Part shown: positions 1 through 8,875 of the stretch, one piece after another | How positions within the stretch are numbered: position 1 is the stretch's first letter | Layout of the letters: each line of letters begins with the position of its first letter | Assembly (NCBI GenBank): GCA_963711945.1 | Contig: CAVQGB010000001.1 | Location: forward strand, 406,865-470,864 | Reading direction: 5' to 3' | DNA: 64,000 nucleotides | Origin: an uncultured Verrucomicrobiae bacterium | Lineage (GTDB): Bacteria; Verrucomicrobiota; Verrucomicrobiia; Limisphaerales; UBA11358 | Position numbers and translations under genes: made by a program | Notes under the pieces: generated by a model | Database searches by the model: none | The model's input: the letters and a program-made list of their open reading frames with translations, nothing else | What the model was told of the DNA's origin: nothing

Positions 1-3
1 CAA

Positions 4-1475
4 TCATCCGTTCAATCTCAACAATTTTTCAAACCGCGCGGCGGCGGCATCCCATTTTGCGGAATCGCGCGGCATGACGGTTTTCAATTCAAATGAATGG
101 CGCACGACTTCCCGCGCCGCGGCGAGCGACGGCAGATGGCCGAGCGCGATGGCCTGAACCAGAATGTTGCCGAGCGCGGTGCATTCGGCCGGGCCAACGA
201 CGACGGGAATATTCAGCGCGTTGGCGGCAAATTGATTCAGTGTCGCGTCCTTGCTGCCGCCGCCGACGACATGGAGGCGCTCGATTTTCCTGCCGGTGAG
301 CGTTTCCAGCCGGCGCGCGACGACGCGATAGAACAGTGCGAGGCTTTCATAAACGCAACGGATGCAGGCGCCTTGGTTGGCGGGCGCGCGCTGGCCGGTT
401 TCCCCGCAGAACCTGGCGATTTTTTCCGGCATGTCGTCCGGGCTTAAGAACCGCGGGTCGTCGGGGTTGATAAGCGAGACGAAGGGCGGCGCGTCTTCGG
501 CCAGTGGTTTCGAGCGTGTCGAAATCGTATTTATTACCCTCCTTGGCCCAGTGCCTGCGACATTCCTGGACGATCCAGAGGCCGACGATGTTTTTGAGCA
601 GGCGCACGGAACCGCCGAAACCGATTTCGTTCGTGAAACCCAGCGAGCGCGACTGGTCGTTGATGACGGGCTGGGGCCATTCGACGCCGAGAACCGACCA
701 TGTGCCGGAACTCAAATAGGCCCAGTTCCCGCCGGCCGCGGGCACGGCGGCTACGGCCGCGCCGGTGTCGTGCGAGCAGGAGGCGACGACTTCGATCTGC
801 GGCAGGCCGGTTTCCTCGGCGAGGCGTATTTTCAACGGGCCGAGCCGCGTGCCGGACGGACATATCGGCGCGAACAAATCTCCGCGCAGGTTGAGCGCGT
901 CGAGCAATCGCTTCGACCATGTTTTGGCCGTGGGATTGTAAAGTTGCGTGGTGCTGGCGAGCGAAACCTCGTTCCTCGCCACGCCGGAGAAGAAGTAATT
1001 GAACGCGTTGCCTATGAGCAGGAGTTGTTTCGCGCGGGCGAGGCGTTCGGGCGATTCGGCGCCAAGCTGGTAAATCGTATTCAACCCCATGAACTGGATC
1101 CCGGTCTCGGCGAACGTCGTCGGCCAGTCCACGCGGGCGCGGACGTTTTCGACGCCGCGGGCCGTGCGCGAATCGCGATAGCACCAGACCGGCGGCATCA
1201 CTCATGCCGCGCTCGTCGAGCAGCACGTAATCCACGCCCCACGAATCGCTGCTGATGCTGGAGATGGGAAGATTTTTCGCGGCGGCCTTCTTCAACCCCG
1301 TTTTCTGCTCGGCGAATAGGCCGTCAATGTTCCAATGCAACGCGCCGCCGGTCCTCACCGGGCCGTTGGGGAAACGGTGGAGTTCCTCGACGGTGATTTT
1401 GCCGTTGTCGAGCGTGCCGAGCATGACCCGGCCGCTGTCCGCGCCGAGGTCGCAGGCGAGATAATATGTTGCCAT
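4..1475 (-). pseudogene. rhaB: rhamnulokinase-like FGGY sugar kinase; frame broken into 3 segments (breaks near 1200 and 450)
   Basis: Three consecutive FGGY/rhamnulokinase blocks lie in three frames: N-term MATYYLACDLGADSGRVMLG..HRFPNGPV; middle SHDTGAAVAAVPA / YLSSGTWSVLGVE / NEIGFGGSVRLLKNIVGLW; C-term HVVGGGSKDATLNQFAANALNIPVVVGP. Confidence 0.75.
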
Positions 1476-1580
1476 GATGAAAATCCGCCCGCGCATCTTA
1501 ATCGGCGGGCAATCGCCCTGTCAAAATCTTGTCTCGCAATCATGAACTTGCCTCAAAAAACCGCCTTCAGCGGTTAAATT

Positions 1581-3006
1581 TCAGACGGTGCCCTTGAAGG
1601 CTCGCGCGCACGGCGCGAGAACCGCGTCCGTCATGCCGTGGACGATTTTCTTGTCGGCGGGAACAATCGTCGCCAGCACGCCGCCGAGTTGCGGGCGCGC
1701 CGCGTCGCCCTCGCCGGAAACAAAATAATACGGACACAGCCGCGCACGGCCCTTCATCGGCACCAGTTCGTTCCTGCCAAAATCAAACCATTGCGCCTCG
1801 ACCAGTTTCGGTTTTTCAAACCGCTGCAGAACGAACGGCGAGGTTTCAAAACTTGAAATCGCCCGGTCCACCGCCGCGCTCCAGTCGGCTTGCGACAAAT
1901 CGCTGCCCAGGAAAACGCCGCGCGCGCCCCACGCATGCTCGGAAAAGCCCGACACCTTCAAAATCAACCCGCGCTCCTTTTGCGACAGCGTCTTGAGCTG
2001 CTGCCAGTCGGTCAGGTTCAATTCAGGAATCGCCGCGTGCGGCGGCAGCGGCGCCGGGTCCACGAGCCAGGTGTAGGGAATGATTTTTTTCAGCCGCGCC
2101 AGGAAACCTTCGCCGAGTTCCTGCCGCCAGAAGTTTTGCAGGTTCCGGTTCCAGAGCAGCGCGAACAGCATTTTCTCCTCGAACAGCGGTTTCGGCGGCG
2201 GCGTCAGGCGGATTTTCCCTTGCGCCGCCAGGTCAAAAATCAGTTTTGAATCCGGCACGTTCGCCAGATCGAACAACTCGAAGAAGCGATAAACCGCGTC
2301 GCCCTCGGCAAACTCGTTGAATGTTGAATGTTGAATGTTGAATGTTGAATGTTTCCGCTCATTCAACTGTCCCGCCATCCATTCCATTTCCGGCCGGTAA
2401 GTTTTCGCTTCCTCGGAGACGACGATATGAACTTTTTTCGCGTCACCGAAAATCGCCTCAAACCCGCGAATCATCCCGTCCGCGCCGCCGATCAGTTCGG
2501 AGGGACGTGCTCGCGAGTTCCTGTCGAGTTTCGGAGTTTGGACGGTCAGGTATTGATACGTTTGCAGCCACGCCGTCAAGCCCGATGCCGCCGGGCACGG
2601 AATCCAGTTCCGTGATGCTGAAGCCGTTTTCCGTGAGCAGGATGTCCGGGCCGGATGACGCGCGGCACATCGTTTTTGAACGCCGGCGAACGTTGAAGCT
2701 CAATCAACTCACGCGGTTTGCCGTGGTCCAGCCAGCGCGCGACCCATTCCGGCTGTTTGCCTTCGGCGGATTTGCGGTAAAGCAGATTGACCGCGCGATA
2801 AAATTGCAGCAGCACCCGGCCCAGCGATTCGATTTCCTTCCGCCAGATTTTCGTCGAGCGGAAACGGTTCGGGTGAAATGCGCCAGTCCAGCCCGGCAAA
2901 CAAGCCGCCCGACTGGAATTTGTTCGCGGATGAATTTCGCCGCGGTCGGCTGCATCGCCTCGTAGCAGCCAGGTGACGAGGTTCTGACTGATTCTTCGGA
3001 TGACAT
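1581..3006 (-). pseudogene. conserved hypothetical protein with ATP-grasp-like C-terminal half; frame broken near 2580, 2700 and 2900
   Basis: Start MSSEESV at 3006. The consecutive pieces ..PEWVARWLDHGKPRELIELQRSPAFKNDVPRVIRP / DILLTENGFSITELDSVPGGIGL / TAWLQTYQYL.. lie in different frames. LILKVSGFSEHAWGARGVFLG..PFVLQRF looks like an ATP-grasp nucleotide-binding segment (by eye only). Confidence 0.4.
2316..2353. repeat. perfect tandem heptamer (GTTGAAT)x5 inside a coding region
   Basis: gttgaat is repeated 5 times from 2316 to 2350, plus a partial gtt. It is translated on the minus strand as HSTFNIQHSTFN. Confidence 0.95.
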
Positions 3007-3018
3007 TTGGATATAATT

Positions 3019-3041
3019 GAGCCTCTTACGTCGGCTGCTAC
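3019..3041. repeat. copy of the 21-24 nt motif GAGCCTC(C)TYACGTCGGCTGC
   Basis: gagcctcttacgtcggctgctac lies in the 35-nt gap between the proA stop (3041) and the start of the next gene (3006). The same motif occurs at 8180, 48899 (reverse complement) and 48948. Confidence 0.85.
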
Positions 3042-4345
3042 TACGTCCTCATTTGCCCGTTGCCGATGCCCAGCCATTTGTAGCTGGTCAATTCCTCCAG
3101 TCCCATCGGGCCGCGCGCGCCGATCTTGTCGGTGCTGATGCCGATTTCCGCGCCCATGCCGAATTCGCCGCCGTCGGTGAACCGCGTGCTGGCGTTCCAA
3201 TACACCGCCGCCGAATCCACTTCGGCAAGAAACTGCTTCGCGTGCGCTTCGTTGCGCGTCACGATGCTGTCCGAGTGCGCGGAGCCGTAAAAATTGACGT
3301 GGTCAATCGCGGCCTTCACGCCGTCCACGACGCGGACGTTCAGGATGTAATCGTTGTATTCGGTGAAATAATCCTGCTCGGTTGCGGGACGGATTGCGCG
3401 ATTGCGTGATTGCGCGATTGCGCGATTGAATCCAGCAGCTCGAGTGATCGCCTCGTCGCAGCGCAATCTCAACGTTTTTATCTGCAAGAGCTTCTGCGCC
3501 GATCGGCGGGAAGAAATGTTTCCGCGACGGCTTTGTCCACCAGCAGCGTTTCCATCGCGTTGCAAACGGCGGGGCGCTGGACCTTGGCGTTCATCACGAT
3601 GTCCCCGGCCATTTTCAAATCGGCGTCGGCGTCCACATAAACGTGGCAGACGCCCTTGTAATGTTTGATGACGGGCACCTTGCTGCAATCGGCCACGGCG
3701 CGAATCAAACTCTCGCCGCCGCGGGGCATGCAGAGGTCAATGTATTGCGTGAGCGACAGCAGCGCGGGAACCGCCTCGCGGTCGGCCGTGGGCACGACCT
3801 GGATCGCGTGTTCAGGAAAATGGGCGAGAGCGGTTTTCCCGGCGTCAATCATCGTCCGGGCGATGATTTGATTTGAGTTCATCGCCTCCCTGCCGCCGCG
3901 CAGAATCGTCGCGTTGCCGGATTTGAAGCAGAGGCCCGCCGCGTCCGCGGTCACATTCGGACGCGATTCGTAAATGATGACGATGACGCCGATGGGCGTG
4001 GAAATTTTTTGCAGCTTCAAGCCGTTGGGCCGGACGCGCTCGTCCAGAATTTTCCCGACCGGATCGGGCAGCGCCGCGACTTCGCGCAAGCCGCGCGCCA
4101 TGGCGGAAATCCGTTTGTCGTCGAGCTTGAGCCGGTCCAGCATGGCGGACGAAAGGCCGTGCTTTGCCGCGGCTTCCGCGTCGAGCGCGTTGGCTTGTTT
4201 GATGGCCGCGGCGTTTTGTTCCAGCGCGCCGGCCATCGCCAGCAGACAGGCGTTCTTCTCCGCCGTCGGTCAGCCGGGCGAGTTCGCGCGACGCGGCCTT
4301 GGCCTGCCGGGCCAGTTGCGTCATTTGTTCGGTCAGATTCACCAA
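3041..4345 (-). pseudogene. proA: gamma-glutamyl phosphate reductase; 2 frameshifts (near 4250 and 3505)
   Basis: The pieces MVNLTEQMTQLARQAKAASRELARL.. / ..[38 protein letters not shown].. / ..[63 protein letters not shown] form a complete ProA spread over three frames. Confidence 0.9.
3392..3431. repeat. tandem octamer (GATTGCGC)x5, slightly degenerate, inside proA
   Basis: The units are gattgcgc gattgcgt gattgcgc gattgcgc gattgaat. They are translated as [12 protein letters not shown] in a variable loop just before the conserved ATEQDY block. Confidence 0.9.
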
Positions 4346-4686
4346 GGAAGAATACGCCGAAAACGTCCGGAAGAAAACCGAAGTTTTGATGCCGAAGTAT
4401 TAACGCCGCTGCTTCAATCCGGCCCAGACGTCCCCTAGGGCGTCGAAATACAGTGGCAATTTTGAGTAACAATTTGGCAAAAAATGGTGAGCCTGAATTT
4501 CCATTTTGCCCCAATGTTATGCAATGTAACGGTTTGGGATTGCGTGGGATAAGGTTTGTTTGTTCTTTCTCATGCGCCTTGGTTTGGCGGCCGGATTGGT
4601 TGGCGCGGATTTTTTGGTTTTACCGCGTCGCGCTGGTTTGATCCGGGTAACGGATTGCTTTGAGGCGGGTTCCTTTCCCCGTGTTT

Positions 4687-4866
4687 TCAAGCATCCGCTG
4701 CTTGGATCGGCTGGTTTGGGTCGGGTGATTTTTTGCCTATGAGGAATTCCTTTGTGGTCTTCATGGCCGTCGCCCAGATTTTCCTGGCGGCTGTTTGGGC
4801 CGGTCCGGCCGCCAAATTTTGATTTTGATTCGGGCAGACAGTCGTTTCTTCAGCGGGATTCTCCAT
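4687..4866 (-). CDS. possible small protein (59 aa), hypothetical
   Basis: The ATG at 4866 is preceded by AAGGAGGTGGGG (strong Shine-Dalgarno). It has the same orientation as, and lies downstream of, the SCO1 genes. No recognisable domain. Confidence 0.25.
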   Translation of the reverse strand: MENPAEETTVCPNQNQNLAAGPAQTAARKIWATAMKTTKEFLIGKKSPDPNQPIQAADA

Positions 4867-4921
4867 CCCCACCTCCTTGGCGACTGTCGCCCGAATCGTT
4901 TTTTCAGGGGGAAGGAACGAG

Positions 4922-5836
4922 CTACTGAACGGAATTGGTTTGCGCGCCGGCGGCGGCGAGCATCGCGGCAGCGAGTTCTTGCGGCGTCCATTGGTTGCCG
5001 TCCAGTTGCCTGAAAATGCGCCCTTGCGGGTCAAGCACGACCGTCCGCAAATTGTGCGAAATGCTGTCTCCCTGGCGCGCGACGACCAGATCGAGACGCA
5101 ATGCAATGTCGGCGAGCACATTGGTTGACACGGCGGCAAACGACCAGCGGTTGGTGTCATCGCCGCGATAAACCCCGGCATAATTTGACAGCACCGCCGG
5201 CGTGTCAAACGTGGGGTCGAAGGAAATGGAAAGGAACTGCCAGTTCGCCGGCGCGCGGGTGTCGGCCATGAGAATTTTCCGCGCCTGCTCAAAATAATTG
5301 TTCATGCGCGGGCAGAAATCCGGCAAAGGACAGCGCGTGTAAAAGAAGGTGAACGCCAGAACCCGACCCTGATAATCCGAAAAACGGATGTGTTTTCCAT
5401 CCTCCACCGTCAACGGATAATCCGGCAGGCGGTCGCCCGGTTTGAGTTCGGAAATCATCAGGCCGTGAGTCATGCCCATCGGCTTGGACATGCTGTTGGT
5501 CATCGTTTCAGCGGAATGTCCGATGCGACGGATGTTTTCGATCCATTCGACATCATCGCCCACGACCAGCGTAAAGGTGATGTCGTCTTTGGGCGAAATG
5601 CCGCTCAATTCATTCGTGTTTCGCACCGAAAAATCCATCGTCATTTCCATCATGTAACCGGGAATGGCTTGATGATGAATCGTCACCCGCGTCAAGCCCG
5701 GCTCGATTTTCTCAACCACTCCTTGTGCGGAATAGGATTTCGTTCTTTGATCGCCGCCCGTTGGCGCGGCAGAAATGGAACGGGCAAGGAGCAGGGCGCA
5801 GAACAGTGCCAGGCATTTTGGGGCAAATAATTTCAT
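4922..5836 (-). CDS. secreted CusF-like copper-binding domain fused to an SCO1/SenC thioredoxin-fold copper chaperone
   Basis: Signal peptide MKLFAPKCLALFCALLLARSISA. CusF-like block VTIHHQAIPGYMMEMTMDFSV. SCO1 block FTFFYTRCPLPDFCP (CxxxC) ..ISFDP..D. Confidence 0.8.
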   Translation of the reverse strand: MKLFAPKCLALFCALLLARSISAAPTGGDQRTKSYSAQGVVEKIEPGLTRVTIHHQAIPGYMMEMTMDFSVRNTNELSGISPKDDITFTLVVGDDVEWIENIRRIGHSAETMTNSMSKPMGMTHGLMISELKPGDRLPDYPLTVEDGKHIRFSDYQGRVLAFTFFYTRCPLPDFCPRMNNYFEQARKILMADTRAPANWQFLSISFDPTFDTPAVLSNYAGVYRGDDTNRWSFAAVSTNVLADIALRLDLVVARQGDSISHNLRTVVLDPQGRIFRQLDGNQWTPQELAAAMLAAAGAQTNSVQ

Positions 5837-6540
5837 AAGTTTTGATTCAGCAGTTTTTTGATTTCATTGGCCACGGCGGTTGCCGTGTTTTGGTTCAGAC
5901 CATCAAAGTATCCGTGCAGACGCCCCAGCGAATCCACGATGGCGATGCGCTCGGTGTGGGCAAAGTTGCCCGGCATGAAACCAAATTCGTTGTTGGTGTC
6001 CGGTGCGAGAAAACTGGTTCCGATCAAATGATGCAATTCCGTTTTGTCGCCGGTGAGGAACAGCCAGCGGTTGGTGTCCGCGCCAAAGCGTTCGCCGTAT
6101 TTTTCGAGCACGGCGGGCGTGTCATCACGCGGTTCTACCGTGAGCGAAACCAGTTTCACATCCGGCTGGTTCGTGGTCAGTGTCTGGATTTGCGCCATCA
6201 CGCCGCTCACGGCCGGACACGTCAGCGAACAGCTCGTGAACAGAACATCCACAACCAGGATTTTGCCGTCAAAATCCGAACGGGTTATCGCGCGTCCGGT
6301 GCGGTCGGTCAACGAAAAGTTGGCCAACTGTCGGGGATGATCCGGCGGGATGAGGCGGGACACCGAATTCTGCGGCGCATAGCCCGGTTGATCCGTCTGA
6401 TAGCTCCCCCGTTGATTCAATATAATGAGGAGGAGACCAACGCCGGTTGCGAACAGCAAAGACCCGATGACCGCCACAATGGCGAACAGTTGCTCGTCAT
6501 TTCGCTGCTTTCGCCTTCCGCCGTTGCGTTTTCCGGGCAT
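5833..6540 (-). CDS. membrane-anchored SCO1/SenC family protein
   Basis: N-terminal TM segment. Motifs ILVVDVLFTSCSLTCP (CxxxC) and TVEPRDDTPAVLEKY. 4-bp overlap with the downstream gene. Confidence 0.85.
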   Translation of the reverse strand: MPGKRNGGRRKQRNDEQLFAIVAVIGSLLFATGVGLLLIILNQRGSYQTDQPGYAPQNSVSRLIPPDHPRQLANFSLTDRTGRAITRSDFDGKILVVDVLFTSCSLTCPAVSGVMAQIQTLTTNQPDVKLVSLTVEPRDDTPAVLEKYGERFGADTNRWLFLTGDKTELHHLIGTSFLAPDTNNEFGFMPGNFAHTERIAIVDSLGRLHGYFDGLNQNTATAVANEIKKLLNQNL

Positions 6541-6577
6541 GCTTTTTATGTTTTATCGAGTTCCCGCGTCCGGTCAG

Positions 6578-7537
6578 TCAAAACATCCAGCTCGCGCTCA
6601 CTTTAAACATCACCGACGAGGCGAGTTGATTGCCATTGAAATATTGAAAGACGGGAAATTCCGCGTCCGCGTAAATCTTCACTGGATGAATGTGAAATTC
6701 AACTCCCGGCGAAAGCATGAGCCGCTGGTAACCGGTGTCGTCAGGATTCGCGTTCGAGCCGCTGTCACTCGTGCGCTCTGAAAAGATGACCTGCGCCACG
6801 GGCGAAATCCGCGCGCGGCCGAGCGAGAATCCCTTATAGTCAATCCCCGCCGCGGCATCCAGTTCGGTGCCCGGACGATATCCGGCCTGCATCAGCACCG
6901 GCACGTCCAGCAATCCCTGCGCGAACCAGTCCCATTTTTCATCCTTCGTGATGTTGCCGCGGTAAAAACCGCCGAGCAAAATGTCCGTGCTGCCGGTTCC
7001 GATTTGCGTGTCACGGTCAATCACGTCGGGGTCGGCGGAATAATTGCCCGTCGGCAGCTTCAAACCGAACGTCACGCCGGCGGACAGGTCCGCGAAAAAT
7101 CCGGTGTAAATGCCCTCCAGCCGGATGTCGCCCAGACCGCTCCAGTTCTGCGAAACCGCATTGGCCGGCGGCGGCGGGAAATTGAGGTCGGTGCTGAAAG
7201 TGCGCGACCAATACGGCAGCTCGATCTGCGCGCCCCATTTGTTGTTGAACATATATTGCACGCCCAGCGTGACAAAGTGCGTCTCGATTTTCTTGTCGCC
7301 GTTGTTCGCCGCCGCCGCCATTCCCGTGCCGCTCCAGTTGCGGTTTTGATCCTGGAAATCGTATTGCACCCAGGCCATTCCGCCCTGGCCATTCGGAAAC
7401 ATCGAACTCGTCGCCACGTCAAAAACGCCGCAGCCGCACGCGCAGGCATGAACCACGCCCGGCGCGAGCATTCCCGCCAACAAACCACAACCCATCTTTA
7501 TCACCGCTGAATTACGTTTTTTGTTTCTCTTTTTCAT
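6578..7537 (-). CDS. outer-membrane beta-barrel protein (MetA-pathway/transporter-like) with a Cys-rich mature N-terminus
   Basis: Signal peptide MKKRNKKRNSAVIKMGCGLLAGMLAPGVVHA followed by CACGCGVFDV. Alternating beta-strand pattern and a C-terminal ..SASWMF. Confidence 0.6.
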   Translation of the reverse strand: MKKRNKKRNSAVIKMGCGLLAGMLAPGVVHACACGCGVFDVATSSMFPNGQGGMAWVQYDFQDQNRNWSGTGMAAAANNGDKKIETHFVTLGVQYMFNNKWGAQIELPYWSRTFSTDLNFPPPPANAVSQNWSGLGDIRLEGIYTGFFADLSAGVTFGLKLPTGNYSADPDVIDRDTQIGTGSTDILLGGFYRGNITKDEKWDWFAQGLLDVPVLMQAGYRPGTELDAAAGIDYKGFSLGRARISPVAQVIFSERTSDSGSNANPDDTGYQRLMLSPGVEFHIHPVKIYADAEFPVFQYFNGNQLASSVMFKVSASWMF

Positions 7538-7639
7538 ATTAAATTTCAAAATTGCGAGAACGCGCCACGGCGCTCTCAAGGTTAAAGGACAACATTCAAG
7601 CCCGCGCCAACAGGACACGGACAACCAACTGCGATTGAA

Positions 7640-8020
7640 TCAGACGAAGAATCCGCGCGGCGGTGGTGTCGGCGGTTGTTGTATGGAAATTTCGGCGAAG
7701 GCATCCGCCAGGGGCAAAAGATCGAAATGCGATGGCGCGAACAAAACGCAGTTCGCTTTGGCAGGCGGGAATTCGAGTTTTTGAAGATTCAGGGTGAACG
7801 CGCTTTTTTGCTCCGACTTTTTGGCGGCGGCGATGGCACGGCAGATCGGGCAGGGATATTTCCCGTCAAACGTCCGTTCCACGGACTCGGAGAGCGAGTG
7901 CGTGCGCAGGTTGTCGGCAAGCATGGTCGTCCACGCGACGGTTTGCAGCAGCGCCCAGTGCGCGCCGAGCGTCGCCGCCAGCGAGATGACAACAAATATT
8001 TTGCCGAGCCGGACCAACAC
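7640..8020 (-). CDS. small membrane protein with a CPxC motif, unknown function
   Basis: N-terminal TM segment, HWALLQTVAWTTM, then FDGKYPCPICRAIAAAKKSE. It is the first gene of the SCO1 gene string. Confidence 0.6.
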   Translation of the reverse strand: MLVRLGKIFVVISLAATLGAHWALLQTVAWTTMLADNLRTHSLSESVERTFDGKYPCPICRAIAAAKKSEQKSAFTLNLQKLEFPPAKANCVLFAPSHFDLLPLADAFAEISIQQPPTPPPRGFFV

Positions 8021-8179
8021 ACCGGCAACTTAAACCAAATCTGCCGAATCACAAGTCCTGATAATTCTTTGTAGCAGCCAAGGTAACAAGTCTCCGACTG
8101 AATTTGCGATGCTCAATTTGAGGCCTTTTCACGATTCAGGCACGCTCCATCAACCGGATATCGCAAGCCGAAGAACAAT

Positions 8180-8203
8180 GAGCCTCCTCACGTCGGCTGC
8201 TGC
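8180..8203. repeat. copy of the motif GAGCCTCCTCACGTCGGCTGC
   Basis: gagcctcctcacgtcggctgctgc lies immediately 3-prime of the L,D-transpeptidase stop codon. Confidence 0.85.
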
Positions 8204-8206
8204 GAG

Positions 8207-8737
8207 TCAGTCATCAGAAATCCAAACCAGCGTGCCGACCGGCAGTTTGTCGAAAAGCGGAATCAAATCCGCATCGGCCAGATGGATGCAGCCGCAGGAT
8301 GCGGGTGCGCCAATGGTAGTTTGGTCCGACGTGCCGTGGATGTAGATGTAGCGCGCATGGGAATCCACGTTGCCGCCGCGGTTAATGTCGGATTCGAGTC
8401 CCTCCAGCCACAATATGCGCGTGGTGATCTTGGCATCCGCAAATTCCAGCTGCGAGACGTGGCCGACGGCTCTGCGCGATTTGAAAACCGTTCCCGCCGG
8501 CGCGTCCGCGCCGATTTTTTCCGCGATGCGATGAAGTCCGCGCGGCGTGCAATTCGAGCCTTCCGCCTGCCCGATGCCAAAGCGCGACGTGGAGCACTTC
8601 ATTCTGCCCGCAAGACGCCAGGATGCGGACGCCTGTTCAAACAGCGACACGTTCTGCCCGGCGATGCTGACGACGAGGACGAATGGAGTCGGAGCAATTC
8701 CATTCTTTTTGCAGGCATCGAGAATTTCAGGGCGCAT
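8207..8737 (-). CDS. L,D-transpeptidase (YkuD domain)
   Basis: The catalytic block is IYIHGTSDQTTIGAPASCGCIHLADAD. Confidence 0.85.
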   Translation of the reverse strand: MRPEILDACKKNGIAPTPFVLVVSIAGQNVSLFEQASASWRLAGRMKCSTSRFGIGQAEGSNCTPRGLHRIAEKIGADAPAGTVFKSRRAVGHVSQLEFADAKITTRILWLEGLESDINRGGNVDSHARYIYIHGTSDQTTIGAPASCGCIHLADADLIPLFDKLPVGTLVWISDD

Positions 8738-8875
8738 CGTTCAAAATCAAGTTTGGCCGCGCGCCAAATCAATCCTAAAAACACCGGCTGGACAAACATA
8801 AAATGAAACTTTGCAATGGGAACGCGGATGGTGTTTTACCGATTGTTTGGCTGTTGGCGATTTGGGCTTCCCAGT

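Noticed and set aside
362-1255. Long ORFs antisense to, or out of frame with, recognisable genes. Examples: 362-1255+, 8939-9760+, 19109-20053+, 21268-22278+, 33727-34704+, 38880-40106+, 39937-41274+, 43603-44373-, 50718-51743+, 59352-60332-, 60575-61357+.
   Set aside because: They are Arg/Ala/Gly/Pro-rich shadow ORFs, typical of GC-rich DNA. Each overlaps a gene with clear family motifs on the other strand or in another frame.
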